Assembly: GCF_900113805.1 (NCBI RefSeq)
Contig: NZ_FOQT01000001.1
Span: 722,411-786,410, forward strand
Length of the DNA: 64,000 bases
Source: Halpernia frigidisoli
Lineage (GTDB): Bacteria > Bacteroidota > Bacteroidia > Flavobacteriales > Weeksellaceae
Direction: 5' to 3'
Shown here: piece after piece, positions 41,217-50,818 of the stretch
Numbering within the stretch: position 1 is the stretch's first letter
Layout: each line of letters opens with the position of its first letter
Translations under genes and position numbers: made by a program
The notes under the pieces: generated by a model
Databases searched by the model: none
The model's input: the letters and a program-made list of their open reading frames with translations, nothing else
What the model was told of the DNA's origin: nothing

Positions 41217-43712
41217 TTATTTAATTGTTTTATAACTCTCAACCAATCTTATAAATTCTGAACGATAACCATCTTCATCTTTTGACAAACCTTCTTTTGC
41301 TAAATCTTCAATTTCATTTAAATTTTTGTCTTTAATAAATTTTGAATCCCGAAGCACCAAACCAAACCAACTTACCGCACTTGCGAATTTAAAATCCGGC
41401 GAAGTTTGATTAAAATTTTCAGATTTATTTTTTACAATTTGCTGGATTTCCACACTTTTATCTTCGTCCGGTTTTTTATAACGCAATTTTATGGTTGCCA
41501 ATTCATCACCAAAATTTTGAGTATTTTCATTGGTTTTGGAGTATTTTAAAGGAATTTCTTTCACGTCAAAATCAGAATCAACACCAACAGGAATGATCTC
41601 ATATAAAGCCGTCACAGTGTGTCCACTTCCCAATTCACCCGCGTCTTTTTTGTCATTTGTGAAATCTTCGTTTTGCAATTTTCTATTTTCATAACCAATT
41701 AAGCGGTAAGATTTCACATATTTTGGGTTAAATTCAATCTGGATTTTGACATCTTTGGCAATTGCGTAAAGATTTCCGGCAAATTCTTTTCCTAAAAATT
41801 TATTGGCTTCCTGCATATTATCGATGTAGGCATAATTTCCGTTTCCTTTGTCAGCAAGAGTTTCCAAAGTATTGTCTTTATAATTTCCCATTCCAAAACC
41901 AAGGCAAGTGAGGAAAACGCCCGATTTTCTTTTTTCTTCGATTAAAGTTCCAAGATCTGTAGTTGAAGAACTTCCGACATTAAAATCACCGTCTGTTGCG
42001 ATTATCACACGATTATTTCCATTTTTAATGAAATGTTCCTGTGCTAATTTATACGCCAATTCAATCCCAGCGCCACCTGCAGTACTTCCGCCGGCTTGTA
42101 AATTATCCAAAGAAGCAATAATTTTTTCTTTATTTTTTACCAAAGTCGGCTCTAAAACCATTCCTGCATTTCCCGCGTAAACTACAATTCCAACTTTATC
42201 TTCAGGTTTTAATTTGTCTAACAACACTTTAAAAGAAGATTTTAAAAGTGGTAATTTATTTGGCTCACTCATCGATCCGGAAACATCAATTAAAAAAACG
42301 ATATTAGAATTTGGTAATTTTTCCAACGGAATATTTTTTCCCTGTAATCCAATTTTTAATAATTTATGTTTTGTGTTCCACGCCGCATCGCTGTATTCCG
42401 AATTTACGCTAAACGGTTTATTATCGGTCGGTTGCAGATAAGAATATTTAAAATAATTTAGCATTTCTTCAATTCTCACGGCGTTTTTATCCACTTTTTC
42501 ACCGTTATTTATCATCCTTCTGATGTTGGAATAAGCGGCATTATCAACATCAATCGAAAATGTGGATAGCGGTTCGTTTTTCGCAGATTCAAAAGGATTT
42601 TCAATAAATGCGTCGTAACCTTCATTGTCAGTTTCAGCATTTCCTCTTATGTTAATTGAATCTTTTTTGTCCAATTCATCTGACATCTTTTGTAGTTCTT
42701 TCTTTTCTTTTTTGCTTAAATTTTTAGTTTTTATTAGAATTACACCTTCTCTACCTCTATTTCCATACATTGAGGTTGCGGAAGCATCTTTTAAAACTGT
42801 CAATTCTTTTATATTATTTGGATTTAAAATATCTAAACTTTTTGAATTATAAACAACGCCATCAACAACTATTAAAGGTGAATTTGCAGGATTGTAATTT
42901 GGATTTCCAATGATAATACCCTTAGTTTTAATCGTATTATTTTGAATTTGAGGATTTTTATTTTTTTCTTTTCTTGATTTTGTACTAGTTCTATATCCTG
43001 TAACCACGACTTCATCAATAGATTTCTGTGAATTATTTAAAGTTGACATTCCTCTGATTACAATTGTCGGGCTGTTGCCAGGATTTCCACTTGATGGTGA
43101 AATTTGTACACCTGCAACTTTTCCCTGTAAAGTATTTTCTGTGTAAACCAAATAATTTTTAATTTCCGGTGAAACACTTTGTATGGAACCTGCTAAATAT
43201 TCTCTTTTTTGAGTTCCATAACCGAGAAGAACAACATCTTCAATATTTTTTTCTTTTAACGAATCTCTTTTATTTTTTATTAGAGGAATTAGATTATCAA
43301 TATTTTTCACGATTACCAGACTTTTCTTACCAGTCGGAATTTGTAAAGCAATTACTTTTGTTTTTTCTACAGCTTTTTCCTTCGCAATATTAGATTTTAT
43401 AGTTTCATCTATTTTCCGGATTTCAGGATTTGAAATTGGTATTTGAGTCGGTAAATCTTTGTTAATTGCAATTTGTGGTTTTACAATTTCAGTGGAATTT
43501 TTCGAATTAAAATAAAAAATTCCCGATCCAATTAATAAACTTGCCGCAATTCCATACGGAAACCAAACAGGAAGAATTCGTTTTTCATCTTTTTTGTCTA
43601 ATTTTTCTTCTACCCGATTCCAGATATTTTCAAATTCCGGCATTTTCATTTTTTCATCGGAAGAATCGCTTGCTTCCTTGAATTTTTCGTCTATATTTTG
43701 ATTATTTTCCAT
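41217..43712 (-). CDS. anti-sigma-like membrane protein combining two plug/carboxypeptidase-regulatory-like modules, a vWA domain and DUF3520
   Basis: An N-terminal cytoplasmic segment and one TM helix (VWFPYGIAASLLIGSGIFYF) are followed by two GYGTQ/VVTGY plug-like stretches, a vWA MIDAS motif (DVSGSMS...TDGD) and a C-terminal DUF3520-like region. It lies immediately downstream of the ECF sigma gene. Confidence 0.65.
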   Translation of the reverse strand: MENNQNIDEKFKEASDSSDEKMKMPEFENIWNRVEEKLDKKDEKRILPVWFPYGIAASLLIGSGIFYFNSKNSTEIVKPQIAINKDLPTQIPISNPEIRKIDETIKSNIAKEKAVEKTKVIALQIPTGKKSLVIVKNIDNLIPLIKNKRDSLKEKNIEDVVLLGYGTQKREYLAGSIQSVSPEIKNYLVYTENTLQGKVAGVQISPSSGNPGNSPTIVIRGMSTLNNSQKSIDEVVVTGYRTSTKSRKEKNKNPQIQNNTIKTKGIIIGNPNYNPANSPLIVVDGVVYNSKSLDILNPNNIKELTVLKDASATSMYGNRGREGVILIKTKNLSKKEKKELQKMSDELDKKDSINIRGNAETDNEGYDAFIENPFESAKNEPLSTFSIDVDNAAYSNIRRMINNGEKVDKNAVRIEEMLNYFKYSYLQPTDNKPFSVNSEYSDAAWNTKHKLLKIGLQGKNIPLEKLPNSNIVFLIDVSGSMSEPNKLPLLKSSFKVLLDKLKPEDKVGIVVYAGNAGMVLEPTLVKNKEKIIASLDNLQAGGSTAGGAGIELAYKLAQEHFIKNGNNRVIIATDGDFNVGSSSTTDLGTLIEEKRKSGVFLTCLGFGMGNYKDNTLETLADKGNGNYAYIDNMQEANKFLGKEFAGNLYAIAKDVKIQIEFNPKYVKSYRLIGYENRKLQNEDFTNDKKDAGELGSGHTVTALYEIIPVGVDSDFDVKEIPLKYSKTNENTQNFGDELATIKLRYKKPDEDKSVEIQQIVKNKSENFNQTSPDFKFASAVSWFGLVLRDSKFIKDKNLNEIEDLAKEGLSKDEDGYRSEFIRLVESYKTIK

Positions 43713-43723
43713 TTTTTCTTTTT

Positions 43724-44245
43724 TTAAAAATTTTGTTGATGAAGCATTAACTGCAATTTTTTACGGGCAAAATTAACCTGAGATTTAGACGTTCCTTCAG
43801 TTATAGAAAGCATCTGTGCAATTTCTTTGTGTGGATAACCTTCAATCGCGAAAAGATTGAAAATGGTTTTGCAGCCTTCTGGTAAGAAATTCAGAAGTTT
43901 GAGAATGTCTTTTTCCAAAGAAAAAATTGGACTTTCAACTGAAGAAATTTCCGCTGCGTTTTCATCATCTAAAGAATAATGGAACTGCTCTTTCTTGCGT
44001 AATTTTTGCAGACATTCATTAACAGTGATCTTTCTCGCCCAGGCTTCAAAAGTTTCCGGATCATTTACCTGATCGATTTTTGTGAAGATCTTGTAAAAAG
44101 TATCCGTCAAAACTTCTTCAATATCTTCCTGATTTTTCAGATACCGTTTACAAACCGAATTCAGTTGGTGCGCCATTGCTTCGTAAATCTGCCGTTGCGC
44201 ATTTCGGCTTTTACGTTTGCAGTCAATTATTAATTGATGATCCAT
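43724..44245 (-). CDS. RNA polymerase ECF-type sigma-70 factor
   Basis: Region 2 (FYKIFTKI, ETFEAWARKITVNECL) and region 4 HTH (IAQMLSITEGTSKSQVNFARKKL) are present. Confidence 0.8.
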   Translation of the reverse strand: MDHQLIIDCKRKSRNAQRQIYEAMAHQLNSVCKRYLKNQEDIEEVLTDTFYKIFTKIDQVNDPETFEAWARKITVNECLQKLRKKEQFHYSLDDENAAEISSVESPIFSLEKDILKLLNFLPEGCKTIFNLFAIEGYPHKEIAQMLSITEGTSKSQVNFARKKLQLMLHQQNF

Positions 44246-44582
44246 AAGAATTGCTCTTTAATAATATAGATGCAGAAGTTTATAAAAAGGTTGGAAAGTA
44301 TTTTTAAAAAAATAAATTTAAGGAAAATTGTATTATAATTTTTTGGAAAGCATTATCAGCCTTTCACTCTCAAAACCAAAAAATGAGTTTGGATAATTCA
44401 AATGAAAATAAGTAAAATATAGAATCAATTTTTTAAATACACAAAAAAAAGGAATTCCGTTAAAGCCAGGCTGCAAAATATTCTTCTAGTAAAAGATTTT
44501 AAAAAACTATTAAAATTTAGTAAACAAACAAAAAATCCTTTTAACGCTTAAAGGTTGAAAGGATTTTAGATATAATTTAAAA

Positions 44583-44661
44583 AATTGCAACGGCTTCAGA
44601 TACTATTCAGATTTTCATTTGTGTTTTTTCGGACCAAGAAATTCTCTGAAGCCTTGCAATT
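44583..44661. repeat. long inverted repeat (17/18-bp arms with about a 44-nt loop)
   Basis: AATTGCAACGGCTTCAGA pairs with TCTGAAGCCTTGCAATT. It lies in a 530-bp intergenic region. Confidence 0.5.
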
Positions 44662-44702
44662 AGAATTTTACCAATTGATCAAATTATTTCCCCAAATATA
44701 TA

Positions 44703-44740
44703 ATACAAAAACAAAACTTCCTTACGGGAAACCGTAAAGA
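44703..44740 (-). terminator. terminator after the response-regulator gene
   Basis: CTTACGG-GAAA-CCGTAAG (a GNRA loop) is followed on the minus strand by GAAGTTTTGTTTTTG. Confidence 0.6.
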
Positions 44741-44777
44741 AGCATTATTTTTTAAAATAATTTGAAAAATTTTGGCA

Positions 44778-45449
44778 TCAAATGAAACCAACATCCTTAC
44801 AGATTGCGATCAGATGCTCGTTACTTTTAGCCTCAAACGTTTCTTTAAGCTGACTAAAAGCCTTTTCTACAGAACTTAAACTGTTGGGTTTCAAATTTTT
44901 TTCTTTTAATAAATCCGGAATATTTTTTTGTAAAACACCTTCAGAAAGTAATCTCAAAAGTGTGTATTCTAAAATGGTAAGTTCTACCGCATCTTTTCTC
45001 CGAAGGTTTAGAACATTATCATGTGAGAGATGATTTATGTCTTTATAGATAGATGAAATTGCTTTTTTAAGTTCCTTTACATCCATTCTACCTTTGCTCA
45101 CAAAACCATTTATTTTCAACTCATCGAATAGAACTTTGATGTGAGCAGGTCTTTTTTCCGACGAAAAAACAAGAATTTTCAGATCCGGTAAGATTTTTCT
45201 GACTTCCGAAATTAATTCCGCTCCAGATTTTATTTTTTGTTCTTTATGATCAGGCTCAAATGAAAGATCAGTTATAAGCAAATCATAAACAACATTATCG
45301 TCAATACTTTTATTTAAAAGGTTAATGGCATCATCGCAATAATTGACAAAGATTGTGTTTTCTTCTTTTATTTTAAGATCTTTCAACACTTTTTGCACAG
45401 AAATACTGGCACTTTCAAAATCTTCAACAGACAATATTTTCTTAAACAT
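44778..45449 (-). CDS. response regulator, REC + LuxR-type HTH
   Basis: A receiver domain with the acceptor Asp (LLITDLSF) is followed by a C-terminal HTH. Its stop abuts the upstream kinase start. Confidence 0.7.
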   Translation of the reverse strand: MFKKILSVEDFESASISVQKVLKDLKIKEENTIFVNYCDDAINLLNKSIDDNVVYDLLITDLSFEPDHKEQKIKSGAELISEVRKILPDLKILVFSSEKRPAHIKVLFDELKINGFVSKGRMDVKELKKAISSIYKDINHLSHDNVLNLRRKDAVELTILEYTLLRLLSEGVLQKNIPDLLKEKNLKPNSLSSVEKAFSQLKETFEAKSNEHLIAICKDVGFI

Positions 45450-47207
45450 TTAGTCACTTTTAATAGGAAAGGAAATATTTATTTTGGTTCCCTTTCCCGT
45501 TGTTTCGTCAAAAGTAAGTTTTCCTTCGCAGGAAAAAATACGGGTTTCCGTATTTTGTAAACCATTTTTTTTCTGAATGATTTCGCCCAAACCTTTACCA
45601 TCGTCAAAATAAGCGATTTCAAGTCTTTCCTTGTTGATTTCAAATTTTAAAATTAATTTTTTTGCTTCGCTGTGTTTTTTCATATTCACCAAAAGTTCCT
45701 GCAAAATAATTAAAAATTCAGTTTTTATTTTAGACGAAATTTTGTCCCATAAATCTTCTTCATTGCCGATTATTATTGGCTTTATCAAATCCGAAGAAAA
45801 AGATTTTACCAAATTTGAAATTTGTATTTTGTAAGTATTCACAGTATTTTCCAAAAGGTTTTCGTAAGAAATATCTCTCGATTTTTCATAAATTTTTTCC
45901 AATTTATTTAAAACTTCCGGCTTATCTATGTTGGGGTTATTTTCAATTTCAGACATCACTTGATAAACACCGTTAGAAACTACATCATGTATTTTTTTAG
46001 AATATTTAAGTTCTGTATTTTTTATTTTTAATTGATTTTCCTGATGAACAAGTTCTTTTTCCTGCTTTACTCTTTCTTGTCTTTTTTTCAACCATATAAT
46101 ACCGATAATTGTTGCCAGGAAAGCCAATCCCAAAGCAACATTTCTCACAAGTAATTGATAATTTTTTTCTGTATTTTCTGCTTGAGATTTCAATAAATCT
46201 GCACGGTTTTTTTCTGATTCATATCGCACCAAAGCAAATTGATTTTTTGCTTTATTTCTTGCCGTTTGGAGGCTGTCCTTCAGTTTTAGATAGATATTGA
46301 AATATTTTTTAGAATCTGCCGTATTTTCTAAATTCACTAATTTTTGCAAAGCTTCTATCTCGTCATCTGGACTTTTCAACTGGCTTGCAATGTTGTACAT
46401 TTTATGTGCGTGAAAAAGCGATTTTACGGGATTTTTATATGCAAAATAATCTGATAAATGGGCTTGACTTGCATTTTGTCCCCATAAATCTTTTTCTGCT
46501 TCACGAATTTCTAATGCTTTATTGAGTTGTGGTTCTGCATTATAATTTTTGTTTTGAAGAAATTTCGTGAAAGCGAGATTGTCTAATATTTTGAATTTAA
46601 ATCTTTGATTTTGATTAACGATTTTATCAATAAACAATTCATCAAAAACTTTAATAGATTTTTTATAATCGCCTAATTTTGAATAAGCTACAGCAATATT
46701 GTTAGATCGTTTTGTTTTTTCTAATGAATCTGCAGAAAATTTAATTGCCTTATCGTAAAAATAAATGGCTTTTTTATAATTTTTTAGATTTTGAGTGGCA
46801 ATACCTAGGCAATTATAGTTTGCAGAAATAGTTTCAAAGTTCTCTTCATTATTTTCATTGAAATATTTAATTGATGAAAGAGAAGTTTCCTGACTGCCAA
46901 AATAATCCCCTTTATCGGCAAGAATGATTGCCATATTAATTAAACACTTTCCTACCTTTAGAGAATCTTTCTGATTTATAAATATATCTTTAGCAGCATT
47001 AAAGTAAACAAAAGCACTATCCTGTTGTTTCTTTTCCAAAAAAATAAATGCTTTATCATAGTTTTTGTTGATATTAGTTTTTGGTAAGTTTTGGCTCGTC
47101 TTTTCACAAGAAAATAAAATTATAAGAAACAGGAAAATGTAATATTTTTTCAAATTAAGAGATTGTATTCCAAATATATTAAAAAAATGCGGAAGTGACT
47201 TCCGCAT
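45450..47207 (-). CDS. TPR-repeat sensor histidine kinase (HisKA_3 + HATPase_c)
   Basis: A lipoprotein-type signal peptide (LFLIILFSC) is followed by extracytoplasmic TPR repeats, a TM helix (VALGLAFLATIIGIIWL), the H-box and an ATPase domain with G-box motifs. The start is doubtful, and a TTG at 47153 is a possible alternative. Confidence 0.75.
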   Translation of the reverse strand: MRKSLPHFFNIFGIQSLNLKKYYIFLFLIILFSCEKTSQNLPKTNINKNYDKAFIFLEKKQQDSAFVYFNAAKDIFINQKDSLKVGKCLINMAIILADKGDYFGSQETSLSSIKYFNENNEENFETISANYNCLGIATQNLKNYKKAIYFYDKAIKFSADSLEKTKRSNNIAVAYSKLGDYKKSIKVFDELFIDKIVNQNQRFKFKILDNLAFTKFLQNKNYNAEPQLNKALEIREAEKDLWGQNASQAHLSDYFAYKNPVKSLFHAHKMYNIASQLKSPDDEIEALQKLVNLENTADSKKYFNIYLKLKDSLQTARNKAKNQFALVRYESEKNRADLLKSQAENTEKNYQLLVRNVALGLAFLATIIGIIWLKKRQERVKQEKELVHQENQLKIKNTELKYSKKIHDVVSNGVYQVMSEIENNPNIDKPEVLNKLEKIYEKSRDISYENLLENTVNTYKIQISNLVKSFSSDLIKPIIIGNEEDLWDKISSKIKTEFLIILQELLVNMKKHSEAKKLILKFEINKERLEIAYFDDGKGLGEIIQKKNGLQNTETRIFSCEGKLTFDETTGKGTKINISFPIKSD

Positions 47208-47209
47208 TT
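47185..47209. promoter_or_regulatory. perfect 12-bp-arm palindrome overlapping the annotated kinase start codon
   Basis: AAATGCGGAAGT-G-ACTTCCGCATTT is followed on the minus strand by T7. Confidence 0.5.
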
Positions 47210-47370
47210 AATAAAACTATTTTTTTGGTGGAGTTTGTTCTGTTTCTCCACCGGTGTCAGATTAGTTAGCGTGATTACTTTCAGTCTACAAAAGCATAAT
47301 ATATTTTCCCCGTTCTACAAATAAAACTTCACCAGAAAAAATATCTTTTGAAAAAAAAGAAAAAGAATGC

Positions 47371-47631
47371 ATGTATTGGGATGGAGAAAAATACATTCCT
47401 TTTATTTGTGGTGAAAATAAAGCAGGATTTCACATCGAACAGCTAGATGAAGATAAATTAAAGTTAATAAAAATTACGCGACCAGATACTTTAAATGCGG
47501 AAAATGCATCAGGTAAAGTCTGGTATGACAAAACAAATAACAAGGTAGAATTTTTCACACATTATGGCGTAAATCCAGAGAACGGTAAAGCTCTAAAAGC
47601 TGCAACTAAATATATTTTAGATAAATATTAA
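47371..47631 (+). CDS. hypothetical small protein
   Basis: It is an 86-aa ORF with no motif, followed by a strong terminator. Confidence 0.35.
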   Translation: MYWDGEKYIPFICGENKAGFHIEQLDEDKLKLIKITRPDTLNAENASGKVWYDKTNNKVEFFTHYGVNPENGKALKAATKYILDKY

Positions 47632-47634
47632 AAA

Positions 47635-47671
47635 CAAAAAAACCTTCAAAAATTAATTTTGAAGGTTTTTT
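47635..47671. terminator. bidirectional terminator
   Basis: AAAAAACCTTCAAAAATTAATTTTGAAGGTTTTTT lies between convergent genes. Confidence 0.7.
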
Positions 47672-47685
47672 ATAATATTTAAAGA

Positions 47686-50124
47686 TTAGTAAATCTTCGG
47701 AAATTTATCGGGATTTGCTTCGTTAAAAACGTTATAAACAGTTTCAACCATATCATCAACGGAAGGTTTACTGAAATAATCGCCATCTGTGCCATAAGCC
47801 GGACGATGGTTTTTTGCGGTTAAAGTAACCGGTTCAGAATCCAGATATTTAAAGGCTTTTTGCACTTCCAAAACCTGCTGTAAAATAAAAGCGGATGCTC
47901 CACCTTCAACATCTTCATCAATTATTACTAAACGATTTGTTTTTTGCAAACTTTTTTTAATATTATGTTCCAAATCAAAAGGAATTAACGATTGAACATC
48001 AATAACTTCCGCGGAAATCTCTAATTTTTCTAATTGTTCTGCAGCGTCCATAACTAACCTCCACGTTGATCCGTAAGAAATAAGCGTGACGTCTTTTCCT
48101 TCTTTGGTTATTTCAATTTTACCGACTGGGACCATAAATTCCCCAATATTATCTGGTTGTTTTTCTTTTAATCTGTAACCGTTTAAAGGTTCGATGATTA
48201 TACAAGGCTCATCACTTTGCAACATCGTGTTGTAAAAACCAGCAGCTTTTGTTAGATTTCTCGGTGTCAAAACCAAAATTCCTTTACAAAGATTTAAAAT
48301 TCCTGCCATTGGAGAACCGGAATGCCAAATTCCTTCTAATCGATGTCCACGAGTCCTTATAATTACCGGCGCTTTTTGTCCGCCTCTTGTTCTGTACTGA
48401 ACTGTTGCCAAATCATCGCTCATTCCCTGCAAACAATATAAAACGTAATCTAAATATTGGATCTCTGCAATTGGTCTTAAACCTCGCATTGCCAAACCAA
48501 TTCCTTGTCCTAAAATTGTTGCTTCGCGAATACCCGTATCTGCAATTCTTAAACTGCCATATTTTTCCTGTAAACCTTCTAAACCTTGATTTACATCACC
48601 GATATTTCCTGCATCTTCACCAAAAACCAAAGCTTCAGGATATTTTTCGAAGATTTTGTCAAAATTATTTCGCACAACAACTCTACCGTCAACGATTTCT
48701 GAATTTTCGGAAAAAGAGGGAGATATTTCTTCAATATTAGTTGCTTTCCATTGCGATTGTGAATACAAATGTGATGAATAATTTTCTTTCTCTTGTTTAA
48801 AGATCTGCGAATATTTTTCTAAAAGAATATTTCTGTTTTCACTTTTTGAGTTTCTTGTCAAAAGTAAAGATTGGCGCAAAAGATGAAAAATATCTTTTTT
48901 TGATTTTCCCACTTTCTTATCAAAAATATCAAGAATTTGGGCAACTTCATTCTCACTTTCATTCAATTTTTTAACCAAAGGAAGAATCTCATTTTGCAAA
49001 TCGCTTATAGATTTTTGATAATTTTCCCAGGCTATTTTTTGACCTGCTTTTACATATTTTTTTGCTTCATCTTCAATTGCATTTAATTCTTCAGCATTTG
49101 CTAAAAAAACTTCCTTTTCATCTATTTCAATAGAATAATTGAGGATCCATTCTTTAAATTTATTTAAACAGTCAAACTCCTGTTCCCAACTTAATCGTTG
49201 TTCATTTTTATATCGTTCATGTGATCCTGAAGTTGAATGACCTTGAGGTTGAGTCACTTCAATAACATGCACTAAAACCGGAACTGATTCTGTACGAGCA
49301 AAATGTTCAGCTTTTGCATAAGCTTCTAAAAGTTGCGGATAGTCCCAAGCATTGACCTGAATAATTTCACAGCCTTGTTGTTCACCCTCTTTTCTTTGAT
49401 AGCCGGAAAGCATTTCAGAAATATCTGCTTTACCTCTTTGTTCTGACGTTGGGACAGAAATTCCGTAACCGTCGTCCCAGATTGAAATTATCATTGGGAC
49501 CTGTAATGCACAGGCTGCATTTAAAGTTTCAAAAAAAAGTCCTTCCGCTGTGGAAGCATCTCCGATTGTTCCAAAAGCAACCTCTTGTCCGTTGTTGGAA
49601 AATTTTTCAGAACCATCAAATCTTACTTCTTTATATACTTTCGAAGCCAAAGCTAAACCTAAAAGTCGTGGCATTTGTCCGGCAGTCGGTGAAATATCAG
49701 CAGAACTGTTTTTTTGCTCCATTAAATTTTTCCAGCTTCCGTCTTCGTTCAGACTTCTCGTTCCATAATGACCGTTCATCTGTCTTCCCGCAGACGCTGG
49801 CTCTCTTAAAATACTGGTATCTGCGTAAAGCTGTGCAAAAAAACTTTCAATAGAAACTGCATCAATTGCTAAGGAAAAAGTTTGATCACGGTAATATCCT
49901 GAGCGGAAATCTCCATTTTTGAAAACTTTCGACATTGCTAACTGTGGTAATTCTTTTCCGTCACCAAAAATGCCAAACTTAGCTTTACCTGTAAGAACTT
50001 CTCTTCTACCTAAATAAGACATTTCGCGGGAAATCCTACCTAACTTATAATCATCTAAAATGTTTTTTTTAAATTCCTGAAAAGATAATTGCTGAGTTTC
50101 TATAAAGGTGTTTTGCATAAACAA
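47686..50124 (-). CDS. fused alpha/beta E1 component of a 2-oxoacid dehydrogenase (TPP-dependent)
   Basis: The N-terminal half has the E1-alpha TPP-binding motif (GDASTAEGLFFETLN). The C-terminal half is a transketolase-like E1-beta. A single 812-aa ORF of this kind is typical of Bacteroidetes. Confidence 0.8.
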   Translation of the reverse strand: MFMQNTFIETQQLSFQEFKKNILDDYKLGRISREMSYLGRREVLTGKAKFGIFGDGKELPQLAMSKVFKNGDFRSGYYRDQTFSLAIDAVSIESFFAQLYADTSILREPASAGRQMNGHYGTRSLNEDGSWKNLMEQKNSSADISPTAGQMPRLLGLALASKVYKEVRFDGSEKFSNNGQEVAFGTIGDASTAEGLFFETLNAACALQVPMIISIWDDGYGISVPTSEQRGKADISEMLSGYQRKEGEQQGCEIIQVNAWDYPQLLEAYAKAEHFARTESVPVLVHVIEVTQPQGHSTSGSHERYKNEQRLSWEQEFDCLNKFKEWILNYSIEIDEKEVFLANAEELNAIEDEAKKYVKAGQKIAWENYQKSISDLQNEILPLVKKLNESENEVAQILDIFDKKVGKSKKDIFHLLRQSLLLTRNSKSENRNILLEKYSQIFKQEKENYSSHLYSQSQWKATNIEEISPSFSENSEIVDGRVVVRNNFDKIFEKYPEALVFGEDAGNIGDVNQGLEGLQEKYGSLRIADTGIREATILGQGIGLAMRGLRPIAEIQYLDYVLYCLQGMSDDLATVQYRTRGGQKAPVIIRTRGHRLEGIWHSGSPMAGILNLCKGILVLTPRNLTKAAGFYNTMLQSDEPCIIIEPLNGYRLKEKQPDNIGEFMVPVGKIEITKEGKDVTLISYGSTWRLVMDAAEQLEKLEISAEVIDVQSLIPFDLEHNIKKSLQKTNRLVIIDEDVEGGASAFILQQVLEVQKAFKYLDSEPVTLTAKNHRPAYGTDGDYFSKPSVDDMVETVYNVFNEANPDKFPKIY

Positions 50125-50247
50125 GTGATTTTTACAAATATAATTAATTAGGAAATAATACTAAAATATAAATTTTAATAGATATTTATATTTTGAAATT
50201 TTTATAAACGCTCAAAAACCCGGTAATTTGTAGTAATATTTTTAAAA

Positions 50248-50544
50248 ATGAAAGAAAAATCTCCACATATATTGAATGCATCTTCTAATCTATTAGGATT
50301 TTGCTTATTGATAATTACTTCTTTGAAAATAACTAATTCTGATAAAGCAACTTTTTTGGACGAATTTGCAGGAGTTGCAGGGATTTTTTTCACAATAAGC
50401 TGTATTTTTTCTTTTCTGGCAATACGAACGAATAATCACAAACAAATACTGGTATTTGAATCTATTGCGGATTATCTGTTTTTGGGCGCTTTGGTTTGTA
50501 TTTTTTTTGCCGTCGGAATGTTATTTTTAAAACTTTTTCCTTAA
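50248..50544 (+). CDS. hypothetical membrane protein
   Basis: It has three hydrophobic helices. It converges on the small-peptide gene array. Confidence 0.4.
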   Translation: MKEKSPHILNASSNLLGFCLLIITSLKITNSDKATFLDEFAGVAGIFFTISCIFSFLAIRTNNHKQILVFESIADYLFLGALVCIFFAVGMLFLKLFP

Positions 50545-50550
50545 AAAAAA

Positions 50551-50608
50551 CCTCCTTTGCGTTCAGCAAAGGAGATCAACACAAATGATGAAAAAAAATT
50601 TATTGTTT
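50551..50608 (+). repeat. composite repeat, copy A (variant hairpin + conserved core)
   Basis: Hairpin CTCCTTTGC-GTTCA-GCAAAGGAG is followed by ATCAACACAAATGATGAAAAAAAATTTATTGTTT. Confidence 0.7.
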
Positions 50609-50650
50609 AGGGGGTTAATGTATTATATAAAATCATTACTTGTGATAAAA

Positions 50651-50714
50651 AACCTCTCCAGTAATTGTTGACTGGAGAGATCAACACAAATGATGAAAAA
50701 AAATTTATTGTTTG
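50651..50714 (+). repeat. composite repeat, copy B
   Basis: Hairpin CCTCTCCAGTAATTGTTGACTGGAGAG is followed by ATCAACACAAATGATGAAAAAAAATTTATTGTTT. Confidence 0.75.
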
Positions 50715-50757
50715 AGATATTACTTCAATTTACTCTTTTCAAAATTTGTGAAAAAAA

Positions 50758-50818
50758 ATCTCTCCAGTGATTTGTTGACTGGAGAGATCAACACAAATGA
50801 TGAAAAAAAATATTGTTA
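50758..50818 (+). repeat. composite repeat, copy C (abuts the stop of peptide gene 1)
   Basis: Hairpin TCTCTCCAGTGATTTGTTGACTGGAGAG is followed by ATCAACACAAATGATGAAAAAAAATATTGTTAAT. On the minus strand it forms a hairpin plus T-run, that is, an intrinsic terminator. Confidence 0.75.

Noticed and set aside
50202-50393. Minus-strand 63-aa ORF overlapping the plus-strand membrane-protein gene
   Set aside because: It lies wholly inside a longer ORF on the opposite strand whose product has three clear TM helices, and it has no features of its own.
50575-50670. Short plus-strand ORFs beginning ATGATGAAAAAAAAT inside each repeat core (MMKKNLLF...)
   Set aside because: They are 28-30 codons long, overlap the minus-strand peptide genes and terminators, and vary in frame continuation between copies. 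The resemblance to a gene start is better explained by duplication history.
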